Shown: in pieces, positions 58,115 to 64,000 of the stretch
Numbering within the stretch: the first letter of the stretch is position 1
How the letters are laid out: the number at the start of each line of letters is the position of its first letter
Virus record (IMG/VR): IMGVR_UViG_3300032225_000827
Location: 2,070 to 66,069 of that record
Length of the DNA: 64,000 nucleotides
DNA from: a virus
Taxonomy: Duplodnaviria; Caudoviricetes
Reading direction: 5' to 3' (one strand)
The notes under the pieces: model-generated
Database searches by the model: none
Told to the model about the DNA's origin: nothing
What the model saw: the letters and a program-made list of their open reading frames with translations, nothing else
Position numbers and translations under genes: made by a program

Positions 58115-58323
58115 ATATCGAAATCAATTTAGTTGAGGCGGCTAGCGAATTAGCGCATGAGCAAACCATCCGTGAGATGCTATTCCACGAGCAGATAGTA
58201 ACCCCTGATGATGTCTATGTCACCCATGAAAATGGAGACACGGCATACACGGAGGATGCTCAGGATACCTTTAATCATTGGTATGACCACTATTATGAAC
58301 TATTAAATAATTTAGCAATATGA
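58111..58323 (+). CDS. acidic hypothetical protein
   Basis: 70 aa with ATGA overlaps. Confidence 0.55.
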   Translation: MNIEINLVEAASELAHEQTIREMLFHEQIVTPDDVYVTHENGDTAYTEDAQDTFNHWYDHYYELLNNLAI

Positions 58324-58622
58324 ATAATTTCAAAGAAGCTGTAAACAGCAACAAGTACTTGGTCGTTGATTTCTATGCGACTTGGTGTGGGCCATGTAAA
58401 GTTGTTGGTCCTATAATCGATGAGTTGAAGGCAGAAAATCAGAACGCTGACCTAGAATTCATGAAGGTTGATGTGGATGAATATCCTGAACTTGCTCAGG
58501 AGTTTCTTATCAGGAACATCCCGACTATTCTATTCATCAAGGATGGAGAGGTAGTGGATAAAAAGATAGGGATGATTAGCAAGGATGTAATTGAAACACA
58601 AATAAAAACAATAACACAATGA
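58320..58622 (+). CDS. trxA: thioredoxin
   Basis: VVDFYATWCGPCK...KVDVDE...IRNIPT. Confidence 0.95.
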   Translation: MNNFKEAVNSNKYLVVDFYATWCGPCKVVGPIIDELKAENQNADLEFMKVDVDEYPELAQEFLIRNIPTILFIKDGEVVDKKIGMISKDVIETQIKTITQ

Positions 58623-58787
58623 ACAATTTAATCGCAATCACCCACGATGGTGAGAAGAAGGTAGTCACAGACTACAAAGCAATCAACAAAGGTTCACGCA
58701 TGAACCCTGAAATGTACCTGAACGAGGTTGAAATTGATGGGTCATGGTATTCAGTGGATGTATTCAAGAACGTAACATTCGAGAGAC

Positions 58788-59069
58788 ATGGAGAATAAAG
58801 TAACAGCGCATAGCTACCTATTCGGTAAAGAAGTAGTTAGGGCATACAATATGTTCAATGACGGCAGGGAGAGGGAAATAATCTCTGTGCTAGATTATCT
58901 ACTGCAGGACAGAAAGGAAGGGGAATATATCTCCAGCGATATGTACAGCGACACCGACATGATACTGGAGGTGGCTCAGGAGTGGGACGGCTGGTATGTC
59001 AGGGTGGAAGACTCCTTCATCGATGACCTGATCAAGTACGAATGGAAACGAAGAAACTTAAATCAATAA
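58788..59069 (+). CDS. hypothetical protein
   Basis: 93-aa ORF in the early run. Confidence 0.55.
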   Translation: MENKVTAHSYLFGKEVVRAYNMFNDGREREIISVLDYLLQDRKEGEYISSDMYSDTDMILEVAQEWDGWYVRVEDSFIDDLIKYEWKRRNLNQ

Positions 59070-59073
59070 AACA

Positions 59074-59358
59074 ATGGAAACTATAGAAATCATGATTCAT
59101 GAGCCTGCTCAATTTCAGAAGGCAGGTAAACATTACAAGTCAGACATACGGATTGCATCTGCTGTACTTACAATGGGGGGAGAATATAGAGCGACTGGAT
59201 ATGTTGAGACGTTAGGGTCTCAAAGTAAGAGTGGGAAGGAGTACAATAGGTTTGGTATCTATGTAAATGGAAACTATGTAACGGCACGAGGTCATTACGA
59301 GAAGGCTGTCGGAAAGTTAATTACTGCAATGTATGCAGAGGGAGGGCGTCATGTATAA
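59074..59358 (+). CDS. hypothetical protein
   Basis: 94-aa ORF with an A-rich leader. Confidence 0.6.
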   Translation: METIEIMIHEPAQFQKAGKHYKSDIRIASAVLTMGGEYRATGYVETLGSQSKSGKEYNRFGIYVNGNYVTARGHYEKAVGKLITAMYAEGGRHV

Positions 59359-59575
59359 TATTCATGTGAAGGAGTACAACTCCAGAAGGAACGAATATGT
59401 CCCGACTCATGTAGAGTGGAGTGTGAACAGCAGTGAGAATATGTTCCCTAAGTTTTTCAAGAAGTGGAAGAGCGAGTACGAGGTGGACAATGGGGACTAT
59501 CAGGTACTGCTGATGGACGAGGATGACGAGAATATAGTCGACTCATTTTTCTGTGACGATATTGACTTCATATGA
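59333..59575 (+). CDS. acidic hypothetical protein
   Basis: 80-aa ORF; start likely the ATG near 59351. Confidence 0.5.
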   Translation: MQREGVMYNIHVKEYNSRRNEYVPTHVEWSVNSSENMFPKFFKKWKSEYEVDNGDYQVLLMDEDDENIVDSFFCDDIDFI

Positions 59576-59805
59576 TGGGAAGGGTCTGGTTAGGTGTAGG
59601 GATTTGGGGGTTTATCCTCAAGTCCTTACTCTCCCTTCCTTTGATGATGGGGTATTCAATAGGGTGTATTATATTAAAAAAGAGATAATGATGAACGAGA
59701 GAATTGAGTTATTAATCGGGAGGTTCATTGCAGTGCTTTTCATAGGGTGTATTGGTTTTTATTTAATATCATCTTTGCTGTCGCCTGCTAGAAAATATTC
59801 TGAGT

Positions 59806-60117
59806 TTGAGCAATGCGTATTGGATTCTCACTCGGAGCAAGAAACACACGAATGTTTTATCAAATACAAATAACATGAGAACAATAAAGCTAACTGAAGA
59901 TGAGGTGAACACGATGTTCAGGCTCATATATCAAACAACATCGGAACTGGATAGACGGCTAGCCGAGACAAGGAAGGAGAGGCACTATTCGGTGGAGAAG
60001 TTTATCATGGACGAGATGAAGGTGCTGGATACCATCGGGAAGAAGATGATGCACGCTCACCCACCATTCGATGTGAATAGAAATTCGGAGGAGGTTCACG
60101 ATGATTCTGCGTACTAA
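59806..60117 (+). CDS. hypothetical helical protein
   Basis: Likely start MRTIKLTEDE near 59875. Confidence 0.5.
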   Translation: MSNAYWILTRSKKHTNVLSNTNNMRTIKLTEDEVNTMFRLIYQTTSELDRRLAETRKERHYSVEKFIMDEMKVLDTIGKKMMHAHPPFDVNRNSEEVHDDSAY

Positions 60118-60572
60118 ATCATGCGCCTTCCATTCATGCGCCAAGCCATGCTCATTGGAGTTGAAGTCTTGCGGTGGATGCACATGTCACAATATGAATT
60201 GGGAGAAGGCAATCTACGGAGATGATTCAATAATTAACAAGGTAATAACTATAAATTATGATGCAAAAGAACTTGCAAGTAAGGCTCTCAAAAGACGATC
60301 CACGAGAAGGTAAAACGCTCAATGACTGGTATCTCTACATCAAATTAGAGAGGGATAAGACATTGAACGTGGATACATCAAAAAGAAATTATACAATCGA
60401 TTGATTGTAAGGGTGTTTGTTGTTTATGTTTGTTGTTTAGTTACTAATAGGGGAGCGAGTGGTAATGTTTTGGTTTTCAAGCCACTCGCCCTTATTAGGT
60501 TATTAAACAATGGGTATATTCAAAGGAATACACTAGTAATACTATCGTAATACGAAACTAAAAACAAAGGTT

Positions 60573-61088
60573 ATGAATAACGAAAAACAAATTGAAGCTA
60601 TTAAAAGAGCTGTAGTTGATGAGGTAAATTGCTTCATCTTGGATGACAAAAAAATAACTTGGAAGGATGTAACTGCTAGGTCAAAAAAGGCTGCCTATGT
60701 GAAGGTCAGGGCAATGGTTTGTGTGTTGCTTAAAGACATCCTCAACATGAAGGTTGTTGACATCGGGAAGGAAATTAAGAGAGACCATAGCAACGTGACC
60801 TACATGATTAACACGGTCCACATCACGCTGTACAATTCCGAGAAGGTCTATCGTCAGGTATATGATAACGTGATAAGTAAGTACTTGGGTATGCAGGCTG
60901 GCACGGAGTTCATCACCTATGATGTTAGGAGTTACATCAAGCGAGTGATAGAGATGGAAAAGCAACTGAACGAGATGAAGACTGAACTGATCAACTTATT
61001 GTCTGGAGAACATGACAAGGATAAGGAGCAGATTAAGGTCCAGAAGTATCGCCTGCTCAAGGAGTTAGCAAAATTGGAGATGGAGTAG
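60573..61088 (+). CDS. DnaA C-terminal-like HTH protein
   Basis: VKVRAMVCVLLKDILNMKVVDIGKEIKRDHSNVTY closely follows DnaA domain IV (R..AMYL...SL..IG..F.RDHTTV). Confidence 0.75.
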   Translation: MNNEKQIEAIKRAVVDEVNCFILDDKKITWKDVTARSKKAAYVKVRAMVCVLLKDILNMKVVDIGKEIKRDHSNVTYMINTVHITLYNSEKVYRQVYDNVISKYLGMQAGTEFITYDVRSYIKRVIEMEKQLNEMKTELINLLSGEHDKDKEQIKVQKYRLLKELAKLEME

Positions 61089-61211
61089 TATATTTGCACA
61101 ATGGAATACATAGTAATAGGGATGGTCATCATGTTTATCTTCGGGTTTATATTTATTAAAAACAACGACGACAACGATGATGCATTTGCAATCTAATAAT
61201 TATATTTGCGT

Positions 61212-61514
61212 ATGGCAACGTCTAAAAGAAACACACTAGCTGGCTCTAAGAAGGGTACGTCTAAGTCTGCACGCTACTTTCAAAACAATCCTGAGGCTCG
61301 TGAGAAGAAGAATGATTACAACACCAAGTATCACTCCACAGATGAAAGAAAGAGTTACAGAGCAGGCTTAAATAAAGCCAACAAGGATGCTGGAACGTAT
61401 GGCAATAAGGATGGTAAGGATAAGTCTCACACCAAGTCAGGTAAGCTAGTCTCCGAGTCTCAGTCCAGCAATCGTGCTAGGAATGGGAAGAATGGAAAGT
61501 CCCCTAAGAAATAA
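61212..61514 (+). CDS. basic protein, degenerate HNH-like family
   Basis: KDGKDKSHTKSG...ESQSSNRARNG. ATG 61212 lies 3 nt after TATATTTG (61201-08). Confidence 0.5.
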   Translation: MATSKRNTLAGSKKGTSKSARYFQNNPEAREKKNDYNTKYHSTDERKSYRAGLNKANKDAGTYGNKDGKDKSHTKSGKLVSESQSSNRARNGKNGKSPKK

Positions 61515-61588
61515 TTGTTAATAATTTTATCGAAAAAAAATTGCAGGAATGATATCTTGTTAGTATCTTCGTGCCTAAATAAAGTAGT

Positions 61589-61783
61589 ATGATAATCAAG
61601 TATTTAGTGAGCAACATTGATAAGTTCAATGTGACAGAGCTGTGTAACCAATGTGGTATCCAGCGAGGGAGGATGCAACGATGCTTAGTGCAGGGTAGCT
61701 GGAAGGATGATGAACTCGAAAAAATAAATCAATATTTCAAAACAATAGCAAATGACATCACTAAAGTTTACAACGAGGGTTAG
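61589..61783 (+). CDS. small Cro-like HTH protein
   Basis: NVTELCNQCGIQRGRMQRCL HTH-like segment. Own promoter box TATCTTCG at 61564-71. Confidence 0.55.
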   Translation: MIIKYLVSNIDKFNVTELCNQCGIQRGRMQRCLVQGSWKDDELEKINQYFKTIANDITKVYNEG

Positions 61784-62126
61784 AGACTCTCACACTAGGT
61801 CCATCAAGACTCACTTCTCTATGAAGCACAATGATGTGGACAACAATCCATTTACTGCAATAGTACATTGGACCATGGAGTTCGAGGTAAGGGAGTGGGG
61901 ACTCAAGAGTATCTACACCTCTATCGATGAGGTTGTCGCAGAGATTGAGTACACGGTGTACGATCAGTCCGATGAACATGGAGAAATCACTGAAAATGGT
62001 GTGTTAGTTATCGACTCACTCAAGGATGGGTGGAAGATTGAGGATAGACTGGAGATGAGAGAGGACTTCTGCGCCCCATCCTATGTAATAATAGACTTCG
62101 AGACAAAGACCATAGAGGTTGAATAA
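61752..62126 (+). CDS. acidic hypothetical protein
   Basis: 124-aa ORF. Confidence 0.55.
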   Translation: MTSLKFTTRVRDSHTRSIKTHFSMKHNDVDNNPFTAIVHWTMEFEVREWGLKSIYTSIDEVVAEIEYTVYDQSDEHGEITENGVLVIDSLKDGWKIEDRLEMREDFCAPSYVIIDFETKTIEVE

Positions 62127-62324
62127 GGAGTTAATACTCAGGGCGCATAAGATAGTTGACTGGTTCGCAAGGAACGGAAAGGATGCGAGGTCAGCGGCTA
62201 TGGTTTATATGCCTGAGAGCTATCGCAATATGCTAAAGGTCTTCCGTTCAGGTTGCTTCACGTTTAATGATAGCGACTTGGATAGGTGGGACGAGGTAAT
62301 TAAAATTCTAAAAACACAAGAACG

Positions 62325-62702
62325 ATGCAAACAGAAATCACAGAGGTAAAAAAGAAAAGGGCCAAGAGAGTTGGCTCGGAGACAATCAAGAAGCGGATGA
62401 ATAGGTCCGAGAAGTTGTTGTATGTCTATGACTTAAAGAAGAGTGTGGTCGACTCGCTAAGAAGATGCGGATTGGATGTGAAGGATGGGTACTTACCATA
62501 TGCTAAGCAGTTTGAGCTGTTGTTTATGGTGATTGAACCCGACTTGAAATCTCGCAGGGCAAGGCTCAGGAGAATCATATCAGGCACTCCACGAATTGAG
62601 GATGCCTATTGGGTAGAGGTGCTTGACCGGTACAGCAAGGAGATTCGTGACATCAGCACGCACTACTGCTCAGTTAATTTCAAGGCTAGTAAATTGAAGT
62701 AA
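62325..62702 (+). CDS. basic hypothetical protein
   Basis: 125-aa ORF. Confidence 0.6.
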   Translation: MQTEITEVKKKRAKRVGSETIKKRMNRSEKLLYVYDLKKSVVDSLRRCGLDVKDGYLPYAKQFELLFMVIEPDLKSRRARLRRIISGTPRIEDAYWVEVLDRYSKEIRDISTHYCSVNFKASKLK

Positions 62703-62707
62703 CTAAC

Positions 62708-62759
62708 ACCCGATGAGGTATAAATCGTTTATACCAAGCGGTATTATACCTGATAGGGT
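62708..62759 (+). ncRNA. candidate three-way-junction RNA
   Basis: ACCC-gatga-GGTATAAA(tcg)TTTATACC-aagc-GGTA(tta)TACC-tgata-GGGT, between a stop codon and the next ATG. Confidence 0.4.
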
Positions 62760-62773
62760 AAAAAGTAAATAAG

Positions 62774-63160
62774 ATGAAATATACTATTGAATTATCTGAA
62801 GATCAAATGCGATTGATTGCGGACTGTCTTGATGACATTGGCAGATTTGCAGCAGGTCAATGGAGTTTAAGAACTACTATTGAAGAGATGGTAACAGGAC
62901 TTCCATTTGAAGAGCAAATAAGTAGGCGTAATAATGCTGAAGAATATTTGAAATTAGCTAAACGAGTCTTATTACCAGACTTTGCAGACAATCAAAGCCA
63001 TGGATATAATAGTACAGAGTTTATTGGTAATATTTATCAGATAAGTCGAACTATTCTGCATCAATTAGCAATAGATCATAATTGGGATAATGTGTATTCA
63101 TCTCCTGCATTACCATCTGGTACAATGGGGACAATTAAGATTAACAAAGTAAAAGAGTAA
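62774..63160 (+). CDS. hypothetical protein
   Basis: 128-aa ORF. Confidence 0.65.
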   Translation: MKYTIELSEDQMRLIADCLDDIGRFAAGQWSLRTTIEEMVTGLPFEEQISRRNNAEEYLKLAKRVLLPDFADNQSHGYNSTEFIGNIYQISRTILHQLAIDHNWDNVYSSPALPSGTMGTIKINKVKE

Positions 63161-63162
63161 TT

Positions 63163-63399
63163 ATGAGTAAACAAACAGCGGTTATATGGTTTAATCAACA
63201 ACTAGTCGAAAGACAAAATGGTAATGGAGATAGAAGAAGTTGGGATGAAATACTACGAGAGGCATTAGTAATTGAACGTGAGCAGATTATTCAAGCACAT
63301 GGTAATAAAATGAGACAAGATATTGAAAATAATATAGATGTCTATTTCATAACAACAGGTCAACAATACTACAACGAAACATACGGAGGTGACAAATGA
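63163..63399 (+). CDS. small conserved phage protein
   Basis: MSKQTAVIWF...EREQIIQAH...QQYYNETYGG pattern. Confidence 0.6.
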   Translation: MSKQTAVIWFNQQLVERQNGNGDRRSWDEILREALVIEREQIIQAHGNKMRQDIENNIDVYFITTGQQYYNETYGGDK

Positions 63400-64000
63400 A
63401 AGGAACATTAAATAAACACGAAGAAGGGTGGTTAGTAAGATATGGAGATATGCAGTTTCTACCATTACATCCCGACTTTATTGAAATGATGGACACTTGC
63501 TTTACATCAAATTTTACACAAATAGTAGATTTTGAGATGGTATTATGTAGTCATTCTAAAAGCAAAGATGACTATTATGCTAAACTAATCAATCATTCTG
63601 TTGAGTCCAACGAAATGATAAACCATATTGGTGATGCCAACGATATGGTTTTTCCTAAAGATATTAATGGTGTTATAGTTAAAGTGGGAGATAAGGTACA
63701 AGGTATTGGTAGTTTAAAGTTTCAAGATGGTTTTGAAATTGATAGAACTCCTGTCGTAACTGCTAACATCCAAAATGGTAAACTATACTTTGGTAACCTG
63801 TCAGCTGAATCTTTTACCCTTGGGTTTAAGATTGTTGAATCTAAGATAATAGTAGATGATGATGTTGAGAAGTTAGAATTAGATTGGAATAATGGAGAAA
63901 TGCCTATGCATTATCATAAAAGAGAAGGATTTAAAGTAGGTTACAACAAAGCTAAAGAAAATCTATATACAGAGGAACAAGTTAGGAAGGCTTATTTTAA
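63396..64000 (+). CDS. 3'-truncated hypothetical protein
   Basis: Frame open from ATG 63396 (MKGTLNKHEEGWLV...) to the window end. Confidence 0.6.
   Translation, partial: MKGTLNKHEEGWLVRYGDMQFLPLHPDFIEMMDTCFTSNFTQIVDFEMVLCSHSKSKDDYYAKLINHSVESNEMINHIGDANDMVFPKDINGVIVKVGDKVQGIGSLKFQDGFEIDRTPVVTANIQNGKLYFGNLSAESFTLGFKIVESKIIVDDDVEKLELDWNNGEMPMHYHKREGFKVGYNKAKENLYTEEQVRKAYF

Noticed and set aside
99-63465. Many short opposite-strand or nested ORFs in the six-frame track (e.g. 11621..12013, 15781..16146, 21661..21996, 44726..45055, 51638..52087)
   Set aside because: They lie within longer, motif-bearing genes, lack leaders or promoters and read like shadow frames.
1-64000. Stop-codon reassignment, as in some crAss-like phages
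   Set aside because: Long genes are intact in the standard code, TAG and TGA end well-coupled genes, and no suppressor tRNA was found.
1-64000. Prophage boundaries or lysogeny module
   Set aside because: No integrase, att-like repeat pair or host housekeeping genes were recognised in the window.

Overview
The window is 64 kb of a tailed dsDNA phage that most likely infects a Bacteroidota host. The host call rests on recurrent TAnnTTTG promoter boxes, A-rich leaders without Shine-Dalgarno sequences and a DUF3127-type SSB. The virion is probably podovirus-like. Layout: 0-6.6 kb (+) carries recombination and nucleotide genes (RecT, GroES-like, PD-(D/E)XK nuclease, NTP pyrophosphohydrolase) and a small ncRNA cluster. 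6.7-50.3 kb (-) carries the lysis cassette, fibres, giant ejection-type proteins, ferritin, tail/nozzle proteins, capsid, portal, terminase, a double GroES-like protein and an intein-containing metallophosphoesterase. 50.5-54 kb (+) carries a replication initiator, primase-helicase and DnaA-C-like HTH protein. 54.0-55.3 kb is non-coding, with a palindrome array and a probable origin. 55.3-64 kb (+) is a run of small early-type genes. The best-supported unusual signal is four type I hammerhead ribozymes punctuating the early operon, three of them fused to the upstream stop codon and all cutting about 21-24 nt before the next start codon. Other candidates are a hairpin-rich 5' leader RNA, U-rich small RNAs complementary to early-gene leaders, a tRNA-like RNA with a collapsed anticodon arm and a polyvalent 2207-aa protein. 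No integrase, DNA polymerase, RNA polymerase or CRISPR array was recognised. All family calls are from motif recognition by eye; no database searches were run.
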